DNA of 64,000 nt from an uncultured Methanomicrobiales archaeon (GCA_903832665.1 CAILCG010000010.1:9061-73060); one strand, 5' to 3'. Positions 8,621 to 19,211 are shown, numbered from the stretch's first letter. Numbers and translations are program-made. Notes: generated by a model not told the origin, from the letters alone.

Positions 8621-9379
8621 TCATGTTCCTATCACAATCGGGTTGTTGAGATCTTCAAGAAGTGAGAGAATCGAAAGGGCCGCAAGATAACTGGTTGCAG
8701 GATTATCCGGGCTGGGGAAATTGGTCACCTTGACATAGGTTTCGCCAAAATCACCTTCAACGAACAATTCGTGAACATTCCGGTCAACCGAAGGATCAAC
8801 CCAGAGTTCCACATCCGTATCCTGTCCTGCCGCCAGGCTCATGGCCACCGACACGTTCACATTTTTCGGAAAGGCCTTGATGCATTCATTGGCCTTTCCC
8901 GAGAAGATCATCCTGCGGGAATCTGAGGCAATCCCCAGCGAAGCCGGACTTTTTGTTGTCCTGAGGAGGAGTTTTTTGAATTTTGAGATCCTCCCGATCT
9001 TCAGGTTATCGAGCCCGAAAATTGCCCCACTGGGAATATGGATTTTTTGCCCGTGCTCGAGTGCTTTTCTCCGGATCTCTTCGTGGAATAGCGGATCTGC
9101 CAGGGCCCCGACACTCATAATGACCAGATCTTTGTGATTTTCGAGCACTGCCGCAGCATAAATTTTAACCGCGCTGACCGAAGCGGCCTCGACAACAATA
9201 TCCATTTCGGATGCAATAAACGCCTCGAAATTATCGAATGCCCGGGAACCCGAGAGTGTGGCAATCTCCTGGGCCCGTTCAAATACTTGATCATATACGG
9301 CCCGTATCTCGAAACTGCCAGTGTGCTGTGCAATGATATGTCCGATATTACCACAGCCGAGAAGTCCGATCCGTAACAT
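8621..9379 (-). CDS. nadX: L-aspartate dehydrogenase
   Basis: Starts MLRIGLLGCGNIGHII (Rossmann), ~252 aa, adjacent to nadC. The N-terminal 25 codons of the track ORF were discarded. Confidence 0.75.
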   Translation of the reverse strand: MLRIGLLGCGNIGHIIAQHTGSFEIRAVYDQVFERAQEIATLSGSRAFDNFEAFIASEMDIVVEAASVSAVKIYAAAVLENHKDLVIMSVGALADPLFHEEIRRKALEHGQKIHIPSGAIFGLDNLKIGRISKFKKLLLRTTKSPASLGIASDSRRMIFSGKANECIKAFPKNVNVSVAMSLAAGQDTDVELWVDPSVDRNVHELFVEGDFGETYVKVTNFPSPDNPATSYLAALSILSLLEDLNNPIVIGT

Positions 9380-9526
9380 GGTAAACAGATTATGGGCGCC
9401 ATTGGTTAAGCGTTGTGCTTGCACGATGGCGTGCAGCGAAAAGACCGAAAACAAGTGGTTTTATAGCCGCCAGCATAAACAGTTCTTAACCTTCGCTAAA
9501 AGCAGCGCCGGGTTCTGGTGAATACC

Positions 9527-10057
9527 ATGGATGAAATTGAAACCGGGTTTGACAAACTGATAGAAAAAATCGAAGCGAACCGGGGAAAGACAACGGAGCT
9601 TTCGGCCAAGATCAAAGAGAACGATGCAAAACTTCTCGCCCGTATGGCAAAATCTGCCATACCCGTAGTAAAAACCGTTGGTCTCGATATGCTCAAAATG
9701 GGCAAGCAGGATACCAAGGGAGAAATTTATGATCCCATGTATTATCCCAGGAAGATGATCATCCTCGGAAAATCCGAACCTGCTGCATACCGTCCCGATA
9801 ATCCCCAGAAACAGATCACCGATCAGTTCTGCGTATTGTCCGATGAAGGGAAAATATTTGAACTGATGTACAGTTTCGACGGCTTTCTCACCGATTCATA
9901 TTTGAACCCGATCGATGCAAAGACTGCTCTCGATCACTATGGCTATGACATCCAGTTCATGCTCTACCGTGCGCTCCACGATTACCTTGAGGGTGAAGAG
10001 GCCCTTATCGATGCGCTCGACAAAGTGATCGGGTACGTTTTTGCCAAGAAAGAGTGA
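9527..10057 (+). CDS. hypothetical protein
   Basis: 176 aa from the first ATG (the track start is GTG at 9518). Codon usage looks coding. No family recognised. Confidence 0.4.
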   Translation: MDEIETGFDKLIEKIEANRGKTTELSAKIKENDAKLLARMAKSAIPVVKTVGLDMLKMGKQDTKGEIYDPMYYPRKMIILGKSEPAAYRPDNPQKQITDQFCVLSDEGKIFELMYSFDGFLTDSYLNPIDAKTALDHYGYDIQFMLYRALHDYLEGEEALIDALDKVIGYVFAKKE

Positions 10058-10235
10058 AAACCCATAATTCTTTTTTTTTATTATAACGATAGTTCCCCTG
10101 TTACCGTATTCGCCGATTGTTCATCTCTGATTTTTTATCCTTTGACACATCTGGATTATTCTGCTCACTCATAAGATCCATTTTGTTACCGGTTCCCCGG
10201 GATAGAGGGCGGGCTTCACCAACGTCGCCACGCTC

Positions 10236-10367
10236 AAAGTACACCGCCAGACCCCCCTCACTACAGGGTCCCAAAAAATATCGGTTCTGGAAAAAATATC
10301 GCAGTAAAATATTATATTTGTACCATAGTAACCCAAATATGAGTGGAGGGGTCGGGCGGTGTACTTT
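10236..10367. repeat. long imperfect inverted repeat (about 24-bp stem, 79-nt AT-rich loop)
   Basis: Left arm AAAGTACACCGCCAGACCCCCCTCACT (10236-10262) pairs with right arm AGTGGAGGGGTCGGGCGGTGTACTTT (10342-10367). Thirteen outer bp are perfect. The loop carries AAAAAATATCG twice. Confidence 0.7.
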
Positions 10368-10733
10368 ATCGTTACGTGCCGCGGTGATACTGTTCAATCC
10401 ATTGACCATGACAACAGATTGGGGAAGAACACCCGTCGAAAGAATGGTGTGATATGGTCTGCCGGTTATCACGAAAATGAAACCGCAGGGACCGCCACAT
10501 TTCTCATAAAATAGATGCCCGACCCCCCCTATACCCCGAAGGGTTGCAGGGAATACTTTCTTTGGGAGTTGATTGGGGAGAATGGATGGCGGGGTGCGAA
10601 AGCTTCACAGAATTTTCTCCGGTAATCCTTCGGTGCGAACACCGCAATTCAAACACACAATAGAAAGCCTGCTCCGGGATAATCGGAACTCTTCGAGTGA
10701 AGACTAAAAAACATAAAAACAAATTTCGCTGGA

Positions 10734-10807
10734 TGGGCCCGATGTGATTCGAACACATGACCTCCCGGTTATCAGCCGGGCGCACCACCGGGCTATGCTA
10801 CGGGCCC
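10734..10807 (-). tRNA. tRNA-Ile (GAT)
   Basis: The reverse complement folds as a 74-nt cloverleaf. Acceptor GGGCCCG/CGGGCCC, anticodon stem CCCGG/CCGGG with loop CTGATAA, T-arm ATGTG-TTCGAAT-CACAT, discriminator A. Confidence 0.9.
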
Positions 10808-10943
10808 ATTAGTTTGCCTTAATTTACCCTAATAACTACTCCATCAGAGTTATTATAGGTTGTGAATCGCCCGGGCAAACGGACAATATATTCAGATAGG
10901 GATATGTGCAGAAAAATCACGATAATAGTACGGATAAGGGATC

Positions 10944-12713
10944 ATGGAACGAAAATATCTCCTTGGAAATGAAGCGATTGCCCATGCCTGTATTGAAGCA
11001 GGTGTGGATTTTGTGAGCGGGTACCCCGGTACGCCGTCATCAGAAGTCGTCGATGTGCTGCGGACACAACCGGAACGATCCTACTACCTTGAATGGTCAG
11101 TAAACGAGAAAGTGGCGCTGGAGAACGCGCTTGCCGCCGCGTGGTGCGGCATCCGCGCACTCTGCACGATGAAACACGTGGGCCTCAATGTTGCTGCTGA
11201 TCCCCTGATGACCAGCGCCTACACGGAAGTTACCGGGGGCCTTGTGATCCTGAGTGCGGATGATCCCTTCGCGCACAGTTCCCAGAACGAGCAGGATACC
11301 CGGTGTTATGCCCACTTCGCCCGGATTCCCTGCCTGGATCCCGCCAGCGTGCAGGAAGCGCATGATATGATTCCTGCGGCATTTGCACTTTCCGAAGAGT
11401 TTGGATTGTCGGTGATATTCCGCCCGACAACCCGTATCTGTCACTCGAAAGGAGACGTGACACTGGGAGCAGTTGTCCCCAGTACGCGGAAGGGTGAGTT
11501 CCATAAGGACCCGAGCCAGTATGTGGTGATCCCGTCGCATACCCGCATCCTCCATAAAAAGCTCAACGAGAAGCAGCCCGCGATTAAAAAACGGCTGGTG
11601 GAACTGGGATATAACCGGTTCGAGATCCGGGGGAAGACCGCAATTATTGCGAGTGGCATCGCTGCGTCCTATGTGCAGGAACTCCTGCCCGCCGGGGTTT
11701 CGTTCATGCAGATAGGCGCATACCCGATCGATGAGGAATGGCTGGGTGCCTTTGTAAGCGGGCATGAAAAAGTGCTGGTGATAGAGGAACTTGCGCCGGA
11801 AGTTGAGGATGTAGTCCGACAAGTTGCCGGTTGCGTACCCGTGTTTGGGAAGAAGAACGGGCATGGTTCCTATGAAGGGGAGTTGTCCCCGCAGGCGGTT
11901 GCCGCGATCCTGGTGAAGGCCGGGTTCCTCGCCACAAATCCATTTGTTCAGCAGGACCCGGTGCAGAACCTCCCGCTCCGCCCGCCAATTCTCTGCGCCG
12001 GATGCCTGCATCGCAGTGCTGCCTATGCGATAAAAAAAGTCTTCAGGGATGCGATTTACCCCAGTGACATCGGATGCTACACTCTCGGGCTCCAGCTGGG
12101 AGTGGTGGATACAACCATCTGCATGGGTGCATCGATCACCGTGGCAAGCGGTATTGCCCATTCCGGAGAGCCACGGGATGTACTCTGTACTATAGGGGAT
12201 TCCACGTTCCTGCATACCGGCATCCAGGGCTTGCTTAACGCGGTGTACAATGGGGCAAATATGACGGTGGTAATACTGGATAACCGGATCACGGCGATGA
12301 CCGGCCACCAGCCAAACCCAAACACCGGCATTACTGCCTGCGGAGTTGAGAGCCCCCCCGTCTCAATCGATGCGTTGTGCCGTGCCTGCGGCGTCCAGTT
12401 CGTTGAAACAGTTGATTCGTTCGATACTACCGGCATGGTGCATGTCCTGGAGCAGGCAAAGAAGCGAAAAGGGGTCAAAGTCATCATCGCCAAGCAGATG
12501 TGTGTCATTTCGGCACGTCGTGCGGGAATAAAACGCGGGAAGTACCAGGTCGATACGGAAACCTGTACCGGTTGCGGCAATTGTATACGTTTCGGGTGTC
12601 CTGCAATCGAGTTTGCCAATGATAAGGCTCAGATCAATGACCTGTGCAGCGGGTGTGCAGTCTGCGTTCAGCTCTGTCCCGTGAGTGCTATCGGTAAGGA
12701 GGGAAAGAAATGA
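10944..12713 (+). CDS. iorA: indolepyruvate:ferredoxin oxidoreductase, alpha subunit
   Basis: 589 aa. N-terminus is LLGNEAIAHACIEAGVDFVSGYPGTPSSEV. Has a TPP-binding region and a C-terminal 2x[4Fe-4S] motif pair (CTGCGNCIRFGCP, CSGCAVCVQLCP). Confidence 0.85.
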   Translation: MERKYLLGNEAIAHACIEAGVDFVSGYPGTPSSEVVDVLRTQPERSYYLEWSVNEKVALENALAAAWCGIRALCTMKHVGLNVAADPLMTSAYTEVTGGLVILSADDPFAHSSQNEQDTRCYAHFARIPCLDPASVQEAHDMIPAAFALSEEFGLSVIFRPTTRICHSKGDVTLGAVVPSTRKGEFHKDPSQYVVIPSHTRILHKKLNEKQPAIKKRLVELGYNRFEIRGKTAIIASGIAASYVQELLPAGVSFMQIGAYPIDEEWLGAFVSGHEKVLVIEELAPEVEDVVRQVAGCVPVFGKKNGHGSYEGELSPQAVAAILVKAGFLATNPFVQQDPVQNLPLRPPILCAGCLHRSAAYAIKKVFRDAIYPSDIGCYTLGLQLGVVDTTICMGASITVASGIAHSGEPRDVLCTIGDSTFLHTGIQGLLNAVYNGANMTVVILDNRITAMTGHQPNPNTGITACGVESPPVSIDALCRACGVQFVETVDSFDTTGMVHVLEQAKKRKGVKVIIAKQMCVISARRAGIKRGKYQVDTETCTGCGNCIRFGCPAIEFANDKAQINDLCSGCAVCVQLCPVSAIGKEGKK

Positions 12714-13294
12714 GCGGAAGTTTCGATATCCTGATGGTGGGAATCGGCGGGCAAGGGACAATCCTCGCTTCCAATATTCTCGGGGAGGCGTGCCTGATTG
12801 AGGGGAGATCGGTGAAAGGAGCCGAGACACACGGCATGGCACAACGCGGCGGTTCGGTGGAGAGTCACATACGGATCGACGGGTTGTTCGGCCCGCTGAT
12901 CCCCCCGGGGCAGACAGATCTCATGATCGCGTTCGATCTTCTGGAAGCACTCCGGTATTCCCACTATATGAAAAAAAGGGGGCGGATTGTCGTGAACAAC
13001 CACCTTGTGCTTCCCACATCGGTATACACGCAGAAGATTGTCGCTCCCACGGAAGATGAGATTATTGCCACCTTGAAAAAGAACCCGCTCTGCCTCCTCG
13101 ATGCAGACAAAATGGCGGCTGATGCGGGAAGCCCGCTTTCCCAGAATGTTGTGATGCTGGGTGCTGCATCGGGATCCATACCCCTCAAACCCGAGTCGCT
13201 GCTGGAAGCGGTACGCAGGCTGGTTCCGAAAAAGACGGTAGAGATTAACGTTAAAGCGTTCGAATCGGGGCGGGCATTCGGTACCGAGTGCTGA
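12710..13294 (+). CDS. iorB: indolepyruvate:ferredoxin oxidoreductase, beta subunit
   Basis: 194 aa with ILMVGIGGQGTILASNILGEA...ETHGMAQRGGSV. ATGA overlap with iorA. Confidence 0.8.
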   Translation: MSGSFDILMVGIGGQGTILASNILGEACLIEGRSVKGAETHGMAQRGGSVESHIRIDGLFGPLIPPGQTDLMIAFDLLEALRYSHYMKKRGRIVVNNHLVLPTSVYTQKIVAPTEDEIIATLKKNPLCLLDADKMAADAGSPLSQNVVMLGAASGSIPLKPESLLEAVRRLVPKKTVEINVKAFESGRAFGTEC

Positions 13295-13575
13295 GGAAAC
13301 AGCACTTTGTTTCAACAGTTAACCCTCTTTTTAGGGCTCTGTTTCTCAAACACGCATTCAGGTCGAATAATTGGACGGAAGTTGGATCACTTATTTTTTT
13401 TGATTCTCTAAAAAATTATTACTCACGAAAAATTTCCCCGGTATTCCCTCTTGGTCTAACAGAATCGGTAACGGTCCGGTTCAGGAATTAACCGATAGGA
13501 ATATGCAATATTGATGATACATCCGACGGCACATCTAGTCTGATAAACATTTTTTACAGAAAACAGGAAAAAAGG

Positions 13576-16500
13576 TTATTCAAGTTTGATAAAAGCCCTG
13601 CCTTGGGTGGTATAGGTATAGGGTCCGCATTCTTTTGTTACTGAAGCATCCTTGGTATAGGCATGGACCTGGATCTTGTACCCCCTGGGGGTAGTTTTTC
13701 CATATTGAGTAATGAACTCTGGGAACCCACGAGATCGAATGCCGGGTTGAGAGTCTTCACATCGAATTTTACCGGGGGATCGTTTTCATGGATGTAACTC
13801 ACCTCTTCAGTTATTTGATCAGCACCATTGTACACAGTTGTCCAGGTTGCCGGCAGCGTGTCCTTAACCAACCCATCGTCTGAGCGAGTAAGACCGACGA
13901 TATTGATGGTTGTTCCCGCGACTCCGAGATTTAACGGGGTCATATTGGAATAGACTGAAATATTGGGGAGCGTCATGCAACTATTGCCATCCTCACCATT
14001 GGTAAAACAGACTTGAGATTGTGGACCAAACACAAGAATGTTTCCGGATTCCAATACCTTAAGCCGGAAATTTGCCTCCCAGGTCTCGTTGACATAGACT
14101 GTTCCGATATTGAATGAGAGATTCTGCTTGTGAGGATCGGTGTTCCAGTAATTTGTCTGGTTAATGATTATAGGACCAACAGAGGTGAAGGGGTGCCCAT
14201 CAACATCGGATCCCGGAACTAGGTGCTGATTTATCTGACCGCTGGGCGTCTTGTTGTACTTGTCCAGCATCGTCGAACCGGGAGGCATTGAGGGTGCCTG
14301 TCCCGTGATAACGGGATCTCCGACGTAATCGAAAATCTTTGATCCCGGGGCAACCAAAGCACCATTGACGATCAAATGTCCGAAATCCATGGATACCCGG
14401 GTATTGACTCCTGCTTCAGTCCGGAGATCCCCGGCGATTTTCGTGTAAGCGTCATTCAATGCAGCAGCGGTAGTGGCCTGTTGATAAAAACCACCGGTTG
14501 CCTCAGCCATTGCTTTCAGCGTTTTTTCTGCATCTGTGTCGGGATTTCCGGCAAAGAATATGAAATAAAGCCGGACGTTATGATTTTTGGCATAGACTGA
14601 CAGGTTCTGTTCGGTAAATTCCCCATTGGTGCATTTGGATAAGGGCCTTGGAGTGGTGCATGACGATGGTTTCGATGCCGGTGTGTAATAATTATAGTTG
14701 TAGCTAGTCCACTGGCATTGTCCAATATGACTCCCGCTTGTTTGTAAGGTATATCCTGAAGCGCAAACATCGCAGGTGGTGGTACTGGAATAAGGAGTTA
14801 ACGTTCCTCCCAGGCCGCTATAATACCGGTAATCAGTCAGTTCGAGGGTATTACCACTGAATGTTATATCGGGGTTACCTTCAGGCCACCCGGTCCCATG
14901 GGCTGCCGGTTAACCTTCATTGTTCCAGTCTCCATCGGTCATGACGATGACTGCCCGGACTGCTTTTGAATTTGCATTCGGGTGAGCGATCATATCCGCG
15001 ATAGCATCTTTTACTGCTTCTCGTGTTGAAGTCGCAGAAGTGGGGCTAAGACTGCTCACTGCGGTCGTAACCGGCCCAAAGGGGCTTTGTAGTGCTGCAC
15101 CCTGCGGTGCGGTATTTGTTACATCGCCCGCAGAACTGTATGAAAACAAACCTGCCCTGTCCTGACCCGTTTTCATGTTTCCGATAAAACTTGTCGCTGC
15201 ATTTTTTGCTATGGTTATTCGCTGATTAGCTACCGGAGGGGAATGATCAACTCCGCTGATATCGTAACCCATACTTCCGGATCTGTCCAGCACGAGGTCG
15301 ACATCGACCGGATACTGATAGAGTGCCCAGCCATCGCCGTTCAGTTTAAGTGAGACATCTACGCTATCCCCCACCTTAACCTGCTGAGGTTTCACCTCAA
15401 CAATGGCACTGAGGTACGGATAATTTTTCCAGGTTACCGGTTCATCCTTTTCCTTATCGCTCCATTTTGCAGTGATCTTTGCAGAGCCGGTAACGGTCTG
15501 TTTATATCCCGGCTGGTTTGTCGTGGCGTATGAAGCCGGATAGAATCTCACCGTAGCATAGCCGTTCGAATCGGTTGTTGCACTGGCGGAAAGAAGAGAA
15601 GAGGTCTTTGAAAACGAAGGTGCCACATATGCCGCTCCCATTGCTGCAATCTCTGCATCCGTGGGAGTATCGGTAACACCATAAAACGAGAATGTAACAG
15701 TCTCGCCAGAAACCCCATTGCCCATGATATCGGTCACTTTTGCTGTGATATTCGAATAAATGGATGGATTCGCATCACGACTTGGCATACTCTGTGGGTT
15801 CGCTGATAGATCGATGCCTGTGGGAGTGGTATTGTAGAACCGGACTACTTTCGATAGTTGCAATGAAGGGTTTTCCACGGGGGGTCGCATAGATGGTAAA
15901 CTGGCCGGTAAATGATTTGGGGCCATAGGTGGACCAGACCTGTCCATTTTCCAGTGACTTCCGGAGAGTCTCTTCTCCGGGCACGGTGGTGTTAATCCAG
16001 ACCGACTGGTTCCGGGTCGGATTCCCGTATTTATCATACAGAGTGTAATAAAAGTTGAACTTGCTCGTTCCATCAGCAAGGACTGTCGCGGGTGGAGGGT
16101 AACTATCGGGGCTGAAGAACTGAGTCATGGAAAAGGGGACCCCGGTAGCCACGGTATTGAACATTTTCATCTGATCGGGAATACTACCCATCGGATCCAT
16201 GAGGATATAGTGCAAGCCGGGTTTTGTCGCAGGGGTGATACTGACACTCACTTCCCCATTTAGATCGAGATTGAATTTTTTGTCATGGACTAATCCGTAA
16301 TTGGTAAAACCACAGTCGTTCGGGGGTGACGGTCCGTTTACATGAAGGGTGATATTGTGGAAACCCGGCCCATCTCTCTTGTCATCGACCTGGTTGTCCC
16401 ACCGGTCAAAAATTGATATGTTAACGGGTATTACACTCTCGACTGTTCCTTCATTGGAGTAAGAAAAACTGGCTTTATACGGAACATTATGATCTATTCT

Positions 16501-16923
16501 CTGGATATAGGGTAAAATGGTCAGATATGTCGCAGAGCCACCATCGGTGGAAATTATTTCCGCGGTAATTGTCGCAGTCCCACTTGTCGGATGAGTGCCG
16601 TTAACCGTGAAAGTACAGAGTGCCTCACCACCATTATCTGTCGCGGTACTTCTCGGATTTATCGAACCCAGCAGAGGATTATCAAGGGTGAAGGAAACCT
16701 GTGCATTTTTCACCGGGCCTGCAAAACCGGGAGTATTGTTATAAGCAACGAGCTTGATGACATTCTGCTGACCCACATCAGCAATAATCCATGTTTTTGT
16801 GGAATCACTGGGGAGGAACAGGGTACCACCGGAGGGATTTGCGTAGTACGCTGCCACTGGCCCCAGTAGAAGGAGAATCCCCAGCAGGATCATAACAACA
16901 CGTTTCACTATCATACACGACAC
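13576..16923 (-). pseudogene. large secreted Ig-repeat/von Willebrand factor A (vWA) surface protein, reading frame interrupted three times
   Basis: Signal peptide MIVKRVVMILLGILLLLGPVAA. Has invasin-like Ig repeats, the MIDAS motif DLVLDRSGSM, VIVMTDGDWN and MAEATGGFY. Frame breaks lie at G6 15879-15884 and at CCCCCTGGGGG 13681-13691. An in-frame TAA at 14910-14912 is followed by 133 open codons in the same frame. Confidence 0.7.
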
Positions 16924-17151
16924 CTTGGTAAAAAAGTAATAGTATATGATAATATATAATAATTTGTATTTTTTAAAAACATTATATTTTCGTCGAATTC
17001 CTGAAATGCCTAAAAAAATACCTTAAATCAGTTTTTTGATGCCGCTTAGCTCGAATAGGATCCACATTATGAAAAAAGTCTCGAACGTTCAATGGAAGAT
17101 TTCTGTAAGTGAACAGTCTATCGATCTTGATATTCACCCAATAAAAAAATA

Positions 17152-17928
17152 TCAAAGTGATTTAATTGTCACATCGAATTTTTTGATGACGAGTGTCGCG
17201 GGTTTTGAAGCATCCAATGGAAATCGATATTCGGGCCCCGTACCGGTCATTTTCAGGGAATTTCTAAAGTAATTCTCCCAGGCATCGGAATAATCCGGAT
17301 TCGAATCATATTTAATACACAGGTCTCCGGTTATGGGGTACGTTTTGTAATCAGTATCCCCCATTGCAATCTGCACCGTCCCGATCCCTGCACGCGACAT
17401 GATATCGGTGCTATTGAATCCAATGAGATTGAGCACTACTGTATTCGTTGGTGCATCGTAGAACCATCGCGGTTCAGCCAGCATGACGGATCCCGGCTCG
17501 TTAAGCCTGCGCGTCACCACAGCCCCATTCTGGAGGGAAATTTCAGCACCGGCACTCAACGATGAGTACCGTAAATCTCCCGAAGGGAATGGATCCACGT
17601 AGTTGCCTCCAACACAATCCGTGACAGAAAACGTTGCAACAGGAGGAGTGCTCAGCGTGTTGTATACCGTAAGCGAGCCGCCCTCTACTTTGAGTGAAGA
17701 TTCTTTGTAGGGCACCGTTTTGTACGCGAGACTTTTTACATCATTTTGCAGAACAATCATGTTTTTTTCCATGATCCTCTCGTTAGCACCGGTTTGTTGC
17801 TGCAGGAGCATGGGATATCCGTACAGAGTTACCAGCCCGATTCCCGCAATTACTATCGTGAAGATGAGGATGAATCCTATCGATTCAGAAACACCATCCT
17901 CTGCCAAACTGAATTTTCTAACCGCCAT
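17152..17928 (-). CDS. type IV pilin-like protein (class III signal-peptide-like N-terminus)
   Basis: N-terminus MAVRKFSLAEDGVSESIGFILIFTIVIAGIGLVTLYG, then a beta-rich domain with no further TM helix. Confidence 0.55.
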   Translation of the reverse strand: MAVRKFSLAEDGVSESIGFILIFTIVIAGIGLVTLYGYPMLLQQQTGANERIMEKNMIVLQNDVKSLAYKTVPYKESSLKVEGGSLTVYNTLSTPPVATFSVTDCVGGNYVDPFPSGDLRYSSLSAGAEISLQNGAVVTRRLNEPGSVMLAEPRWFYDAPTNTVVLNLIGFNSTDIMSRAGIGTVQIAMGDTDYKTYPITGDLCIKYDSNPDYSDAWENYFRNSLKMTGTGPEYRFPLDASKPATLVIKKFDVTIKSL

Positions 17929-18386
17929 TAAACCCCTCCTGAATCATAACTAATCCTGTTCAATCCCCTGCCGGTTGTATTGCCGATTACACCCCGCGAC
18001 GCACCGATGCCTGCAAGCGAGACATGGATGTCAGCGAGATCCCGATAGATCCTGACATCCTGATCTATCGGGTTATTCCCTTGCCCAATCTGAACAAAAT
18101 AATCCCTTCCAGCTACGTCGTTCGGAATATCAAAGGCAGTAACTATTGTTCCATCACTGGGTGCAAGGGCATACACATCAACAATGCGTGTGGAAACCGC
18201 ATTGCCAATGTCCGTAAAAGCGACGTAACTCAACCGGTTAACCGGAGATTCCATAAACGTTGAGTTCAGGAGCAGCATCATAATTACCAGAAGGATCATG
18301 AGAACCCCGGTCACCATGATGTATTCGATAAGATTTGCTACCCCGGAGTCTGCGGGAAGAGATTTAGTCTGACGTCCAGTTTTCAC
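17928..18386 (-). CDS. type IV pilin-like protein
   Basis: N-terminus ...LPADSGVANLIEYIMVTGVLMILLVIMMLLL; 152 aa; overlaps its neighbours. Confidence 0.5.
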   Translation of the reverse strand: MKTGRQTKSLPADSGVANLIEYIMVTGVLMILLVIMMLLLNSTFMESPVNRLSYVAFTDIGNAVSTRIVDVYALAPSDGTIVTAFDIPNDVAGRDYFVQIGQGNNPIDQDVRIYRDLADIHVSLAGIGASRGVIGNTTGRGLNRISYDSGGV

Positions 18387-18720
18387 TATAGGTCGTCACC
18401 CCGTTGTTATAGGTTATCAGGGAGTGGTAATTTGTATCATGGGTTAAGGTATAATTGATCACTGCCCCTTTCCGTTGTATCGAGAGATTAAGGATATCAC
18501 GATGTACCTTGTCCGTGATCACACCATTACTCACAGCGTGCTCTTTGATTACATGACTGATGTCACGGATATCATTTTTTGGGAATTCTACAACACTTTC
18601 CGCAATAGTTTGTCCAACTACGGTTGACTGGTTGATCACAATTGCCAAAAAGAACAGGCTGAAACTTACCAGGAACCCCATCAGAATAATCCATTGGGCA
18701 TCATCATTCAATCGCGCCAC
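18364..18720 (-). CDS. type IV pilin-like protein
   Basis: N-terminus MARLNDDAQWIILMGFLVSFSLFFLAIVINQ; 118 aa. Confidence 0.5.
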   Translation of the reverse strand: MARLNDDAQWIILMGFLVSFSLFFLAIVINQSTVVGQTIAESVVEFPKNDIRDISHVIKEHAVSNGVITDKVHRDILNLSIQRKGAVINYTLTHDTNYHSLITYNNGVTTYSENWTSD

Positions 18721-19211
18721 AGGAGCACCTCCACAAGGACAGCACGTTTCTCAAGCGGACCTGCTGGAGGAAGTCGCTTGTTCACGAGCACCCATTTGGT
18801 TACGCGTACCGCATGTTCCCCACCCGTCAGGTTCCGCGATGAATTAATCTGGGCACTCATGATCGACCCGTCGGCCTCATATGTATAGTTGGCAGAGAAC
18901 TGGATGTCATGTTTCGGTCCAAATCCGGAAACATTGGTATAGTTCATGAACATGTTTTTGAACCTCCCTCCACCACCCGAATCATCCTCAATGATCAACT
19001 GGAGCGGACTTTCAGCCATCGAACTATTCGGAGGGGTATCCACCATAGTTAATGCATCACTTCCCAGCACTTCCAGCTGCATATCGCTGATATGTGCATC
19101 ACCAGGGGTGCAAATCGTTGTTGCCCCTACAACCATATAGGCCGTCAGGAGCATTATCAGACCCGCAGCTACTCCTTCGATAGTATACAGTTGCCCCCCA
19201 TCGTTCACCAT
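18708..19211 (-). CDS. type IV pilin-like protein
   Basis: N-terminus MVNDGGQLYTIEGVAAGLIMLLTAYMVVGA; 167 aa. Confidence 0.5.
   Translation of the reverse strand: MVNDGGQLYTIEGVAAGLIMLLTAYMVVGATTICTPGDAHISDMQLEVLGSDALTMVDTPPNSSMAESPLQLIIEDDSGGGGRFKNMFMNYTNVSGFGPKHDIQFSANYTYEADGSIMSAQINSSRNLTGGEHAVRVTKWVLVNKRLPPAGPLEKRAVLVEVLLWRD

Noticed and set aside
10250-10262. A wider repeat family linked by the GACCCCCC/GGGGGGTC core, seen at 10250-10262, 10515-10530, 29440-29450 and 59730-59742. Also shared 12-mers: GCAGGGAATACT at about 10547 and 28189, and CGGAACTCTTCG at about 10686 and 28226.
   Set aside because: Exact matches of 12-14 nt are expected by chance many times in 64 kb, and the core is low-complexity. 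Only the ~65-nt, ~250-nt and ~75-nt similarities are long enough to trust without statistics.
10101-10472. Two mutually overlapping ORFs on opposite strands (123 aa and 111 aa) near tRNA-Ile.
   Set aside because: Both span the long inverted repeat and the AT-rich loop, have arbitrary composition and lack any motif. The region is treated as non-coding.
10734-10807. An integrated mobile element or provirus at tRNA-Ile.
   Set aside because: There is no integrase, transposase or phage-like gene, and I found no duplicated tRNA 3' end within the window. Only the non-coding hairpin tract remains; it is reported separately as a possible relic.
11097-12308. A 403-aa antisense ORF inside iorA, together with similar long antisense or shadow ORFs in GC-rich genes. 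Examples are 22126-22887, 24183-25079, 26011-26982, 29974-30555, 31502-32422, 35436-36014, 48674-49474 and 50707-51393.
   Set aside because: They lie opposite well-supported conserved genes. Their composition is Arg/Gly/Pro/His-rich and low-complexity, typical of GC-rich shadow frames. None has a recognisable motif.
13514-13546. A candidate C/D-box sRNA (TGATGA ... CTGA) in the iorB/vWA spacer.
   Set aside because: Only one C-like and one D-like box are present, 22 nt apart. There is no C'/D' pair and no terminal stem, so this is consistent with chance.
14910-14912. Programmed recoding of the in-frame stop in the vWA gene (pyrrolysine or selenocysteine style).
   Set aside because: The codon is TAA. 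Known archaeal recoding uses TAG (Pyl) or TGA (Sec). No SECIS- or PYLIS-like context was examined or is evident. A nonsense mutation or base error is simpler.
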